A stretch of 64,000 bases of DNA. Origin: an uncultured Enterobacteriaceae bacterium. GTDB taxonomy: Bacteria > Pseudomonadota > Gammaproteobacteria > Pseudomonadales > Pseudohongiellaceae. Positions 1-9,524 of the stretch are shown piece after piece. The notes under the pieces were generated by a model. That model was not told the DNA's origin. It was given only the letters and a program-made list of their open reading frames with translations, and did no database searches. The DNA lies in assembly GCA_964503965.1 (NCBI GenBank), contig CAZDCK010000007.1, positions 34,842 to 98,841 of the forward strand. Reading direction: 5' to 3'. How positions within the stretch are numbered: position 1 is the stretch's first letter; the number at the start of each line of letters is the position of its first letter. The translations under genes and the position numbers were made by a program.

Positions 1-851
1 TGATCAGCGACAAAATCTAGTTCAGCCGTTGGACTCGATTCACGGGTAACAGGTGTGACAGGCAGGACTTCATCCAGTGAAAAGGCAAGGCTCATGACCT
101 TGGTGGGAAAAGAGTTCATGGACGCATAGATCCCGGAAAAGGGAAAGCGGGGCAAGGCTGTGAAATCCGAAGTTGCATTGACCGGACCTGAATGCTGTCC
201 AATCCCTGTGAAGCCTAGTTCACTGACAAGTTGTTGAATAGCCGGGTTATATTCACCATAGGGATAGGCCACTATTTTGTGTCCCTGGCCAGTTTTTTCC
301 AGAATTGTGGCCTCTGCCTGCAGTATTTCAATCCTCACACCCTCCAGCCACTGCTGCTCTGATTGGCCATCTGGATGCTCAAGGAGATAGGGGTGTGAAA
401 CCGTGTGATTGGCGATCGTAGCGCCATTGCTGGCCATGATCTGTATCTCTTCCCATGTTGAGTAGAGCGAATCGTTGGTGCTCACAAGGCCCGTAGTGAC
501 AAAAACGGTGAACGGCCAGCCTTTTTCCTGTAACAGGGGGTAGGCGACCTCATATACGGAGGTATAGCCATCATCGAAGGTGATCACGGCCGTTTTGTCC
601 GGCAGTAATGGCCCGTTTTTCAGGCGATGCAGGACAGCCTCAAGGGGTAAAATGGTGAATCCGTTTTCGTCAAGATAATCCATGTGTGCCGTAAAAGATT
701 CCTTGCTCAGACTCGTTACAGGGGGACTGTCTGTGCTGACGTGATGATACTGGAGGATTACTGCCTGGTTATCTGACTGGGTATACCCCACAACTGTGGT
801 GGACAGCAGGATAAACATGGTCAGGATTCGGGTTCGTATCAAGGGTCCCAT
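1..851 (-). CDS. polysaccharide deacetylase family protein (NodB-homology domain); 3' end runs off the window
   Basis: Hand translation of the minus strand from the ATG at 849-851 gives [22 protein letters not shown]... (signal-like). Further in are ...[31 protein letters not shown]... and ...[10 protein letters not shown]..., which match the TFDDG and H-x-x-x-H motifs of CE4 deacetylases. The frame stays open to position 1. It is absent from the ORF track because there is no stop codon inside the window. Confidence 0.7.
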   Translation of the reverse strand, partial: MGPLIRTRILTMFILLSTTVVGYTQSDNQAVILQYHHVSTDSPPVTSLSKESFTAHMDYLDENGFTILPLEAVLHRLKNGPLLPDKTAVITFDDGYTSVYEVAYPLLQEKGWPFTVFVTTGLVSTNDSLYSTWEEIQIMASNGATIANHTVSHPYLLEHPDGQSEQQWLEGVRIEILQAEATILEKTGQGHKIVAYPYGEYNPAIQQLVSELGFTGIGQHSGPVNATSDFTALPRFPFSGIYASMNSFPTKVMSLAFSLDEVLPVTPVTRESSPTAELDFVAD

Positions 852-920
852 GGAAGCTCCAATGGCATTTGTTGGTATCAGGAATTATACTGTCCGACTT
901 TTCAACCATGCTACTTTCTA

Positions 921-1787
921 ATGACTGACACCAGAAAAAAAACCTTTAACCTGAATCGCCTGAGGAAAAACCTGCGCAGGGAGACGGGACGTGCCATAGC
1001 TGATTTTGAAATGATTAAAGACGGTGATCTTGTGATGGCCTGTCTCTCCGGTGGCAAGGATTCCTATGTCATGCTGGATATCCTGCTTAATATGCAAAAG
1101 CATGCCCCGATTGATTTCAGGCTGGTTGCGGTAAATCTCGATCAGAAGCAGCCCGGTTTTCCGGAAGATGTGTTGCCAACATATCTTGAGTCCATTGGTA
1201 CCGATTACCACATTCTGGAAAGGGATACCTATTCGGTTGTGATGGATAAAGTCGAGCCAGGTAAAAGTTACTGTGGATTATGCTCAAGACTAAGGCGTGG
1301 AAACCTGTATTCATTTGCCGAGAAAATCGGTGCCACGAAGATTGCACTTGGGCATCATCGCAATGACATAATGGAAACCCTTTTCCTGAATATGTTTTTT
1401 GGTGGCAAGCTGAAAGCGATGCCTCCCAAATTACTCAGTGATGACAAAAAGCATATAGTTATTCGTCCCCTGGCATACTGCAAGGAAGAGGAAATAGCAC
1501 GTTTTGCTGAGCTCAAGGAATTTCCCATTATTCCCTGCAACCTATGCGGCACCCAGGAGAATATGCAGCGACAGGAAATCAAGAAGATGCTTAATGAATG
1601 GGATAAAAAATTTCCTGGAAGGCTTGATGTCCTTTTCAGAAGTATTACCAATGTTGCTCCGTCACACCTGGCGGATACATCACTTTTCGACTTTCACTCA
1701 TTGGAAGCACAGAGGGAAGAAGACCTTGGGGTGATGGATGATTCCACCATGGTGCCCGAAGCCAGTATAAATATCGTCAATCTTTGA
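921..1787 (+). CDS. ttcA: tRNA 2-thiocytidine(32) synthetase TtcA
   Basis: 288 aa with the PP-loop SGGKDS ([18 protein letters not shown]). It has the [10 protein letters not shown] and PCNLCG cysteine motifs and the [18 protein letters not shown] block typical of TtcA. Confidence 0.9.
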   Translation: MTDTRKKTFNLNRLRKNLRRETGRAIADFEMIKDGDLVMACLSGGKDSYVMLDILLNMQKHAPIDFRLVAVNLDQKQPGFPEDVLPTYLESIGTDYHILERDTYSVVMDKVEPGKSYCGLCSRLRRGNLYSFAEKIGATKIALGHHRNDIMETLFLNMFFGGKLKAMPPKLLSDDKKHIVIRPLAYCKEEEIARFAELKEFPIIPCNLCGTQENMQRQEIKKMLNEWDKKFPGRLDVLFRSITNVAPSHLADTSLFDFHSLEAQREEDLGVMDDSTMVPEASINIVNL

Positions 1788-1800
1788 CTGGCAGTAAAAG

Positions 1801-2049
1801 ATGGATGATAAGCACTCAACAGAACATTTACTGGATGCCAGCGGGCTCTTCTGTCCTGAACCAGTCATGCTTCTGCACAAGAAAATTCGTGAAATAAGCA
1901 AGGGTGAAACCCTTGAACTTATAGCCACAGATCCTTCAACTACCAGAGATGTTCCAAAATTCTGCCATTTTCTGGGGCATGAACTGGTCGACTCTTCTGA
2001 AGATGGCAAGACTTATCGCTACATCATTCGCAAAGCCGGTGATGCCTAA
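1801..2049 (+). CDS. tusA: sulfurtransferase TusA
   Basis: 82 aa. [19 protein letters not shown] contains the conserved CPxP active-site cysteine motif of TusA/SirA. Size and the [12 protein letters not shown] motif also fit. Confidence 0.85.
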   Translation: MDDKHSTEHLLDASGLFCPEPVMLLHKKIREISKGETLELIATDPSTTRDVPKFCHFLGHELVDSSEDGKTYRYIIRKAGDA

Positions 2050-2081
2050 TCAGCCATTAACGTTTTTCAAGGAATTCATTG

Positions 2082-3215
2082 ATGAAAATTGTCGCTGACC
2101 AGAATATTTACCGAGTCAGTGACTATTTTTCTGGTTATGGAGAGCTTCTCCTGCTGCCCGGACGTGATATTCAAAAACGCGATGTTGCTAATGCGGATGT
2201 CCTGCTGGTGAGGACAATCACTAGGGTTGATGAGGCATTACTGGCTGGATCATCTGTTCGTTTTGTGGGTAGTGCAACCAGTGGTGCGGATCATATTGAT
2301 CACGACTTTCTCGAAGCGAACAATATTCACTGTTATTCTGCGCAAGGTTGTAATGCGGATGCCGTCGTGAATTATGTGCTCACTGCCTTGGCGAATCTGT
2401 TTGAGCAAACCGGCGAGAACTTTCTTGAAAAAAGTGTGGGGATTATCGGTGCCGGCAACATTGGCGGAAGACTTGCCTGTGTCCTGAATAGCTTGGGGAT
2501 GCGTGTATCCATCTATGATCCCTTTCTCAGTAATGACCACCCCCTGAGTCCGTATTTTGTATCATTACAAGACGTGATGAAACAGCAAATTATTACACTG
2601 CATGTTCCATTGACGATGGATGGGCACTTTCCCACGCAGGGCATGTTGAATGAAGAACTGTTGTCTTCCATGGAATCCGGTGCAATTCTGATCAATGCCG
2701 CCAGGGGCGAGGTGATCGATAACCAGTTACTCGTTTCCATAATGAATAAGAGAAGGGATGTTCGCCTTGTGCTGGATGTCTGGGAAAATGAGCCCGGTAT
2801 TGAGCCGCTGCTGCTTCAAAGGGCGAACCTGGCCACTCCCCATATTGCCGGTTACACCCTGAATGGCAAATGGAACGCCACAAAAATGATTGCAGATCAT
2901 TTCTACACAGAGTTCAGTGTTAGACAAACGCAGTCAAGTACGGATACTACTTCCGGGACAATAGAACTGGAGCACTCAGGCAACCTGTGTGTGACTCTTT
3001 CAAGGGCCATGCTGGCGGCTTACAACATCAGTAAGGATGAAATACCACGTGAACTGTATGAAACCCCTGAAAAACTGGCTGTAAGCTTTGATAGCAGGCG
3101 AAGTAATTACCTTTTCAGACCGGAATTCAGTGATTTCCACGTGACAGCCGCAGGTCTTGGTGACAGCGAAACCAGAGCGTTGAAAATCCTTGGTTTCAAT
3201 GTACATTGCGTTTGA
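2082..3215 (+). CDS. pdxB: erythronate-4-phosphate dehydrogenase PdxB
   Basis: About 377 aa starting MKIVADQNI. It has the D-2-hydroxyacid dehydrogenase NAD fold (GIIGAGNIGGRL) and the HVPLT and NAARGEVID motifs, plus a PdxB-type C-terminal dimerisation extension. The track ORF starts at TTG 2079; ATG 2082 is more likely. Confidence 0.85.
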   Translation: MKIVADQNIYRVSDYFSGYGELLLLPGRDIQKRDVANADVLLVRTITRVDEALLAGSSVRFVGSATSGADHIDHDFLEANNIHCYSAQGCNADAVVNYVLTALANLFEQTGENFLEKSVGIIGAGNIGGRLACVLNSLGMRVSIYDPFLSNDHPLSPYFVSLQDVMKQQIITLHVPLTMDGHFPTQGMLNEELLSSMESGAILINAARGEVIDNQLLVSIMNKRRDVRLVLDVWENEPGIEPLLLQRANLATPHIAGYTLNGKWNATKMIADHFYTEFSVRQTQSSTDTTSGTIELEHSGNLCVTLSRAMLAAYNISKDEIPRELYETPEKLAVSFDSRRSNYLFRPEFSDFHVTAAGLGDSETRALKILGFNVHCV

Positions 3216-3232
3216 GTTGTTCCTGTTTGAGT

Positions 3233-4447
3233 TTACTGGCTGTATCCTGATAGAAAACTACCCAACCTCGTAATAGCATCCTCCAAAGCATCTTCCCGTG
3301 GAAGGAAGACAATCCTGAAGTGGTTCTTGTCAGTAATGTTAAAGCCACTTCCCTGAACCATGAGTACATGTTCCTGAACCAGAAAGTCCAGGATTAACTG
3401 TTCATCATCAAGGATATTGAACTTTGAGGGGTCAAGTCTTGGGAAAAGATATATGGCGCCTTTAGGTAGTACGCAACTTACTCCGGGAATATCGTTCAGC
3501 ATTTTCCAGGCGACATCCCGCTGATCACGCAATCGCCCACCCGGGATGACCAGTTCATTAATACTCTGGTAACCTCCAAGGGCTGTTTGAATTGCCTGTT
3601 GGGCCGGGACATTGGAACACAAGCGCATATTGGAGAGTATATCGAGACCTTCAATATAGTCCCTGGCTCGATCTTTGGCTCCGCTGAGAAACATCCACCC
3701 TGAGCGGAACCCGGCAACACGGTATGACTTGGACAGACCATTAAACGAGACCGTCAGCAGATCGTCTGCCAGGGTTGCCAGTGGAATATGTATGGCATCG
3801 TCATACAGAATCTTATCGTAGATTTCATCGGCAAAAAGAATGAGGTCGTTTTCCTGGGCAATTTTAACCAGTCCCTCGAGCAACTCACGGCTATAGACTG
3901 CTCCGGTCGGGTTGTTTGGATTGATGACTACAATGCCTCTTGTGTGGCTTGTGATCTTACTCTTGATGTCTTCGAGATCCGGGAACCATTCTGACTGCTC
4001 ATCACAGATGTAATGAACGGCTTTGCCGCCACTCAGTGTTACTGCTGCTGTCCACAGGGGATAATCTGGTGCCGGGACAAGAATCTCATCGCCATCATTG
4101 AGCAGGGCCTGCATGGCCATGACAATCAGTTCGCTGACACCATTCCCCAGATAGATATCCTCGATATCTACATCCCGGATGCCCAGTCGTTGGGTCTCAT
4201 GCATTACTGCTTTTCTGGCCGTAAAAAGTCCTTTTGAATCTGAATAAGCCTGGGATTCAGGAAGATTTACTATCACATCACGCAGGATTTCATCTGGCGC
4301 TTCAAAGCCGAAAGCGCCTGGATTGCCAATGTTGAGTTTTGAAATTCGGTGACCTTCTTCTTCAAGTCTTTTGGCTTCCTGAAGCGCAGGGCCTCTTATT
4401 TCGTAGCAGACATGCCGGAGCTTGTCGCTTTGGTAAATGTTTTTCAT
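3233..4447 (-). CDS. alaA: glutamate-pyruvate (alanine) aminotransferase AlaA, PLP-dependent
   Basis: 404 aa, near-colinear with my recollection of E. coli AlaA/YfbQ. Matching blocks are VCYEIRGPALQEAKRLEEEGHRISKLNIGNP, PDYPLWTAAV, INPNNPTGAVY and FNGLSKSYRVAGFR (the PLP lysine). Confidence 0.9.
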   Translation of the reverse strand: MKNIYQSDKLRHVCYEIRGPALQEAKRLEEEGHRISKLNIGNPGAFGFEAPDEILRDVIVNLPESQAYSDSKGLFTARKAVMHETQRLGIRDVDIEDIYLGNGVSELIVMAMQALLNDGDEILVPAPDYPLWTAAVTLSGGKAVHYICDEQSEWFPDLEDIKSKITSHTRGIVVINPNNPTGAVYSRELLEGLVKIAQENDLILFADEIYDKILYDDAIHIPLATLADDLLTVSFNGLSKSYRVAGFRSGWMFLSGAKDRARDYIEGLDILSNMRLCSNVPAQQAIQTALGGYQSINELVIPGGRLRDQRDVAWKMLNDIPGVSCVLPKGAIYLFPRLDPSKFNILDDEQLILDFLVQEHVLMVQGSGFNITDKNHFRIVFLPREDALEDAITRLGSFLSGYSQ

Positions 4448-4553
4448 AGAAAGAAATCCGGGTCGGCCAGACAGTTAACCTGCTGTTATATGGTATATTT
4501 GTCCCGATGTTGAAGGCAGCGAATTTTACAGAAACCCTATTCGGAAATACAGT

Positions 4554-4952
4554 ATGTCAAAGCAGCACAAGTCAGAAGAAGAATGGAAAGCCATCCTAAC
4601 GGATCAGGAATACCATATCTGTAGAGAAAAAGGTACGGAACGCGCCTTCACGGGTGAATACTGGCAATGCACGGGTGAAGAAGGCATTTATCGTTGTCGA
4701 GCCTGTGGAGAGCCTCTGTTCAATTCTGAGACAAAATACGACTCTGGTTCAGGCTGGCCCAGCTTCTATCAGCCTTCTGATAAAAATGTCGTAGTCGAAG
4801 TAGAAGATAGTACTTTGGGAATGAAAAGGACAGAGGTGGTTTGCAGTAATTGTGAATCCCATCTGGGCCATGTGTTTCCTGACGGACCAGAGCCGACTGG
4901 TCTGCGATATTGCATTAATTCAGCGTCTCTGAAGTTCGACAAGCAAGACTGA
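4554..4952 (+). CDS. msrB: peptide-methionine (R)-S-oxide reductase MsrB
   Basis: 132 aa. It has two CxxC zinc motifs ([21 protein letters not shown]), the GWPSF motif and the catalytic RYCINS motif. Confidence 0.9.
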   Translation: MSKQHKSEEEWKAILTDQEYHICREKGTERAFTGEYWQCTGEEGIYRCRACGEPLFNSETKYDSGSGWPSFYQPSDKNVVVEVEDSTLGMKRTEVVCSNCESHLGHVFPDGPEPTGLRYCINSASLKFDKQD

Positions 4953-4991
4953 ATATTCCAGTGGTTACTCTGGGCTTTCAGATTCGGGCTT

Positions 4992-6347
4992 TCAGAACTG
5001 GTAGCGCAGTCCAGTCTGATACTTGACCCTGTCATAGGCATACAGGTCAATATTGCTATCATTTTCCGTATAGGTAACATCGGTGGTGATATTGATATTC
5101 CTGTTGAATTGCCAAATCCAGCCCAGCGACGTTGAAAAGGTGTCATCTTCTCTGTCGACATTAAAAACAGGGGCGACGTCCTTGTTCTCACTTTTATGGT
5201 AGGACATGCGGAAATAGGGGATGTGTCCGGGGCGGAATTGAATCTGCTCAGAAAAAGCCACTCCATAAAATTTCTGGGCATTGTTTTCACCAGCAGTTTG
5301 TCTTGCATCTTCATCACCATAGTAGAGGCTGAAATTATGCAGGAAGCGTCCGGAAGCCTTGCCAAGATTACCGGATACAAGAAACTGGTCTACATCACGC
5401 AGATCATTGTCTGGATTTGTAGAGTCGTCATATCTGACGGCGGTATAGGCTGCAGTGAAGCCCTGACTCCATCCATTACCGGCGTTGCGTTGCCAGCCCC
5501 CCAACAGGCTTGAGCTGGTCTGGAATTCTGCATCGTCCAGATCTACACGCTGTAATCTGCCGGAGAGGGTAAATCTTGCATTGTCTTTCTGGACGGCATA
5601 TCCGGCTTCACCAGCCAGAACATCCAGATCAAAGGCATTGGTGGAAAAATTGTTATGCTGGTTATAGTTGACCCTGGCGAATGCTGACCGGTTCTTGTCG
5701 AATGGGTGGTTGTAATTCATCCCGGCACCGAGATCCATGAAATCATCATCAATACTCTGACCATTGGGATTGAGCTCAATATCACCAATCGGGGTACTGA
5801 TCACGCCTAGCTCTGTGGCACTGTTTATATTGGAATCTGATCCTATGTTGGAATTGACATACCAACTGAATGTGCTGTTGAACTGGTTTTCACGTTGATC
5901 AATAAGATCGAGGAAGGCTTCAATATTGTTGCTGACATTTGGGCCAGGGTTTGTGTCCAGGACCTCATTGAAAAGCTGTTTTGATGCAGCCAGGTTATTA
6001 CTCATGAAGTATGCCCTGGCAAGCTCAAGTTTCACCCTTTGCTGATCCGGATAGATATAGGCAATTCGCTCGAAAGCAAAGACAGCTTCATCTGGCCTGT
6101 TTGTTTCCAGTGCTGCAAGGCCATACAAGAAATCGAATTCCGCTTCACCTTCCATATCAAACAGGTTTGCCTGACCGAGGGTATAGGCCTGCTGAAACTG
6201 GCCCTGTGCGACCAACAGGTTCATCTGCCCGATGATGTCTTCCTCATTGGCAGCCATCAGTCCCTGGCTAAAAATGACGCTGGCGACGATGGCGAGCAGG
6301 GCACGTGGAGCTCTACACTTCATGGGGGAATGAAAAGAGGTATTCAT
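4992..6347 (-). CDS. outer-membrane protein with an N-terminal TPR domain and a C-terminal beta-barrel; resembles surface lipoprotein assembly modifier (Slam/DUF560, type XI secretion OMP)
   Basis: 451 aa with a signal peptide (ALLAIVASVIFSQGLMA). About 120 aa are TPR-like helices (QFQQAYTLGQ..., DEAVFAFERIAYIYPDQQRVKLELARAYF..., ASKQLFNEVLDTNP). These are followed by about 300 aa of alternating beta-strand pattern rich in N/D/Y/G, with a GSDSNIN motif at the start of the barrel and a terminal ...GLRYQF. The architecture and length match what I recall for DUF560 proteins. The family call is from memory and not verified. Confidence 0.5.
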   Translation of the reverse strand: MNTSFHSPMKCRAPRALLAIVASVIFSQGLMAANEEDIIGQMNLLVAQGQFQQAYTLGQANLFDMEGEAEFDFLYGLAALETNRPDEAVFAFERIAYIYPDQQRVKLELARAYFMSNNLAASKQLFNEVLDTNPGPNVSNNIEAFLDLIDQRENQFNSTFSWYVNSNIGSDSNINSATELGVISTPIGDIELNPNGQSIDDDFMDLGAGMNYNHPFDKNRSAFARVNYNQHNNFSTNAFDLDVLAGEAGYAVQKDNARFTLSGRLQRVDLDDAEFQTSSSLLGGWQRNAGNGWSQGFTAAYTAVRYDDSTNPDNDLRDVDQFLVSGNLGKASGRFLHNFSLYYGDEDARQTAGENNAQKFYGVAFSEQIQFRPGHIPYFRMSYHKSENKDVAPVFNVDREDDTFSTSLGWIWQFNRNINITTDVTYTENDSNIDLYAYDRVKYQTGLRYQF

Positions 6348-6736
6348 GGTTTCCAGATAATTCTTCCGTTGATGAGAACCAGTTCGCTTTTACGCCCCCA
6401 AGTCTAATGAATTCAGTAGGTATATCACTCTTTTTGTGCATTTTTTTTGCTGGAAAACACCAGGTTTAATCGTTGCGGTGGTTGACGTGGGAAAATTTCC
6501 CTCATACACTAGGAGTGTGTCCAAATAAGGGCATAATCTCGTGATCAAGAGGAGGTGGTAGATATCGTAAGACGTCAAATTGTGAAAATGGTCCGTATCT
6601 TTACTCTGTAGATGCAGTCTGTATAGTCGGGTAGTGGTAATTAGGCCTATCCGTTAATGATTTTTAGCTTCTGAGTTAACAAATTACCCGATTAGTGCAT
6701 CTATAGAGGGTACGGCCTGTTCACAGGATTTTCTTC

Positions 6737-7573
6737 ATGTTTTGCCTGCTCATTATTCATCACATCAAAGGTCATTTTTTCTTTCTGTCTTCTTCGACCT
6801 TCCCTAGTCTTGTAATTACTGCACTATGTCTTTCTCCTTCACTGCTTTTCGCCGAGCAGGAAGGGGTTCCCGGCCATAAAATTACTCTGGGTACCTACTG
6901 GAGCAGTGGTGAATATGGAGTCCGGGATGATACGGATATTTTCTACATTCCCCTTTCATATGAGCTGTCCTATTTTCCCTGGATAATTACTGTCACAGTC
7001 CCGTATCTTGGTCTTGAGGGGCCGGGTGACGTGTTCCTGGAAACAGGAAATATCGGGAGCAATACAGGCAATGGTGAGTTTATTGACCAGGACGGAGTGG
7101 GGGACACGGTTCTTTCAGCCACTTACCAGTTTGAACCTCTCTTCAAAGACAGGGTTTTCATGGATCTGACGTTGGAGACCAAGTTTCCAACTGCAGATGA
7201 ACAGGCTGATCTGGGTACGGGAGAGCAGGATTACGCTGCAAAACTGGATTTCTATGTGTCACAGGGCAAAGCTACCTGGTTTTCCACGTTAGGCTACCGG
7301 TATCGGGGTAAGACAGCGTTGTATGACCTGGAGGATTCAATATTTGCATCACTCGGCTATATGAGGCAAATGTCAGACAAGTCGTATCTTGGACTGCTTT
7401 ACGATTACCGGGAAAGGGCTTCTGGCAATGGGTTTGAAAGCCATGAAATCATGCCATTCGTTACCCATAATCTGACTGAAAAGATTACGCTCATGGCTTA
7501 TACCATCATCGGTTTCACCAACAGCAGTGCCGACAGGACCCTGGGGTTACAGGTGTCCTACGCTTTCCAGTAA
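6737..7573 (+). CDS. small outer-membrane beta-barrel protein (MetA-pathway/'transporter' OMP-like)
   Basis: 278 aa with a hydrophobic leader ending LLFA/EQ. The sequence has an alternating aromatic/polar strand pattern, a GVGDTVLSATYQF motif reminiscent of the GxGD motif of the Phenol_MetA_deg-type barrel family, and an aromatic C-terminus ...QVSYAFQ. The start codon is uncertain. Confidence 0.5.
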   Translation: MFCLLIIHHIKGHFFFLSSSTFPSLVITALCLSPSLLFAEQEGVPGHKITLGTYWSSGEYGVRDDTDIFYIPLSYELSYFPWIITVTVPYLGLEGPGDVFLETGNIGSNTGNGEFIDQDGVGDTVLSATYQFEPLFKDRVFMDLTLETKFPTADEQADLGTGEQDYAAKLDFYVSQGKATWFSTLGYRYRGKTALYDLEDSIFASLGYMRQMSDKSYLGLLYDYRERASGNGFESHEIMPFVTHNLTEKITLMAYTIIGFTNSSADRTLGLQVSYAFQ

Positions 7574-7630
7574 AAACAAACGGTATGGGTAAATTCCTGT
7601 AGTTTTTTAAGTGCGATAGTCTGCCTGTAA

Positions 7631-8455
7631 TTACTTGCTGAGCAGTGTGGACATTGTCCGCATGGGGCGCACGGGTGGGGCTGCAGGAATGTCTATGCGC
7701 TGGATGGCATTGATTCTGCCTGGGACATTGATTCTATCTGGACGCTCAGGCCGTGCTGGCAGTGCAAGGCGCTGGCGCACAGCTTTGTCAGTATCATCAT
7801 CAACAGAGTCTTCCATGGCCAGAATCGCGCTGGAATCAGCCATTGCATTAAGCTCTGAATGCAGTGAGACGCTGGCTTCGGCCAGCAGAAGCGAGTTAAG
7901 AATATCGGCATCAGTAACCAGGAATGAGCTATCGGGGCTCCCCAAAGAGGTGTCCTGATTGATTGGCTGGTTATTCAAGCCAGGTGCGTGTCCACTTTTG
8001 GTAGCCAGTTCTGGCAGACTGATTTCCGCGATCAGGGTATCGACTCTGGATTTGTCTGGCCTGGTCGCCTTCATGGCCTCAGGTACAGGAGACAATCGAA
8101 TAGCGGCAATATCAAAATATGGGGACTCATCAACATTTTCTTCAGGATTCACGAGACCAGCCTTCGGGGATGGCCCACTCATATCCATCTCTTGGATATC
8201 GTTGACATCTTTATCATAGTGAATATCTGTTGCACCAAGCGAGAATCCAGGTCCGCCGTCTGGCAAATTACCTGTACCTCCGAAACCACTTTCTCCACCA
8301 GATTTACCAGTACCACCCAGACCGCTTCCTCCCGGACCAACAAAGAAATTCACGGCGAAGAGGAGACACAACAAGGCCAGCAGCGACAGTAGATAGGAAT
8401 GGTTTTCCATCTGTGCCGCAATGCGTGTAGTTGTCGTTGGTTTGCCGGTACTCAT
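7631..8455 (-). CDS. hypothetical single-pass membrane protein with a Gly-rich then acidic low-complexity ectodomain
   Basis: 274 aa. One TM helix (YLLSLLALLCLLFAVNFFV) is followed by GPGGSGLGGTGKSGGESGFGGTGNLPDGGPGF. After that comes an acidic, disordered-looking region, then a C-terminal Arg/Pro-rich tail (ARPERPDRINVPGRINAIQRIDIPAAPPVRP). It lies 44 bp downstream of, and co-oriented with, the 8500-9378 gene. I recognise no family. Confidence 0.55.
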   Translation of the reverse strand: MSTGKPTTTTRIAAQMENHSYLLSLLALLCLLFAVNFFVGPGGSGLGGTGKSGGESGFGGTGNLPDGGPGFSLGATDIHYDKDVNDIQEMDMSGPSPKAGLVNPEENVDESPYFDIAAIRLSPVPEAMKATRPDKSRVDTLIAEISLPELATKSGHAPGLNNQPINQDTSLGSPDSSFLVTDADILNSLLLAEASVSLHSELNAMADSSAILAMEDSVDDDTDKAVRQRLALPARPERPDRINVPGRINAIQRIDIPAAPPVRPMRTMSTLLSK

Positions 8456-8499
8456 AGATTTCTATTTTAGCTCTTTTGGGCATTGAATGCTCAGGTTTT

Positions 8500-9378
8500 T
8501 CACTGATCTGATGCCGCCTGAGTGTCAGTATCAGGCGTGTCTTCCTGCCCGAGATGTTCGTTATAGTTGAATATCCCGAAATTCATGCGATAAGTGGCAT
8601 TGCTTTCATGCCTGTCAGCCGTCTGCAGTGCCAGGGCTTTCTCATTCATCCTGATTAAAGCCTCCATTCCCAGCTCGCTGGCGAGCGAGTTTAATTCATC
8701 GATGGAAGATTCGGTCAGCTCGTCGTAATACACACTTCTGTCAAAATAGGGGGGTTCACCACCGGTCAGGTTATGCACTCCGGCCGATAAGTGGTCCTGG
8801 ACATTCTTGCCAAAAAAGAACAGCTTCTCTTCCTGCCCCTTGTTGGGTGTGAAAGCCTTGGTTTTAAGGATGACATTATGGTCCGGGTCGAGTTCAACCA
8901 TATCCAGGCGCATCAGCTCATCCAGGACAACTCGGGGTCTGATGTCACCTTTGGCGATATTGCTCACAAGGCCCTCAAAGGAATGTTCACTGAATTCCTC
9001 GTTGTCCTGCAGGGGGATCATTTTAGGGCTTCCATCCGGGTTCTTCAGGTTTTTATCACCCATCCAGCGTGCGATTATCTGTGCACCCAGGGAAATATTC
9101 GCAGAGGCCGTTTCAGGATCCGATTCTTCAGCCCTGAGACGTTTGACATCTTTTCTGTGAACACCGGTCAAGAGATTAATACGGCTGTCTGTCTGCCGTT
9201 TACCCTCTACAGGAAAGTCTGTTTCGGCTACTTCGACGTAAACTGATTTCAACAGATTTGTCAGGTAAGGGTAAGACACCTGATTGGCAATCATGAATTT
9301 CACCAACGGTCTCAGGATTTTCCTGAGCGCTGTGATGACGGCTTTATTGCCTTGTTGTGAACTGGAAAGATCTGGCAT
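8500..9378 (-). CDS. hypothetical cytoplasmic protein with an N-terminal HTH-like segment
   Basis: About 292 aa from MPDLSSSQQGNK (the track ORF extends to 9417). The segment QTDSRINLLTGVHRKDVKRL looks like a helix-turn-helix. There is no TM helix or signal peptide. The gene is divergent from the RND exporter across a 146-bp (107 bp if the track start at 9417 is real) intergenic region. I cannot assign a function. Confidence 0.55.
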   Translation of the reverse strand: MPDLSSSQQGNKAVITALRKILRPLVKFMIANQVSYPYLTNLLKSVYVEVAETDFPVEGKRQTDSRINLLTGVHRKDVKRLRAEESDPETASANISLGAQIIARWMGDKNLKNPDGSPKMIPLQDNEEFSEHSFEGLVSNIAKGDIRPRVVLDELMRLDMVELDPDHNVILKTKAFTPNKGQEEKLFFFGKNVQDHLSAGVHNLTGGEPPYFDRSVYYDELTESSIDELNSLASELGMEALIRMNEKALALQTADRHESNATYRMNFGIFNYNEHLGQEDTPDTDTQAASDQ

Positions 9379-9524
9379 GACCGAGAGTATATAGGTTTGC
9401 GGGAAAAAATCCCACATTTTGGAGTTTCAGCAGAATTTGCTGAATTTTGGTGTTTCCAACACGGATATGGCCTTGGAATGATATACTTCGCCGCCTTTTG
9501 AGCCCAGCCTGACAGAAGAAAATT

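Noticed and set aside
4972-4996. Direct repeat GGGCTTTCAGA-ttc-GGGCTTTCAGA in the msrB/OMP convergent gap
   Set aside because: It is real, but it is a short 11-mer duplication overlapping the stop codon of the OMP gene. It forms no hairpin and suggests no function beyond local slippage.
4769-5380. 203-aa minus-strand ORF spanning the msrB 3' end and the OMP gene in another frame
   Set aside because: It overlaps two well-supported genes and its composition is Ser/Pro/Thr-rich and nonsense-like. I treat it as spurious.
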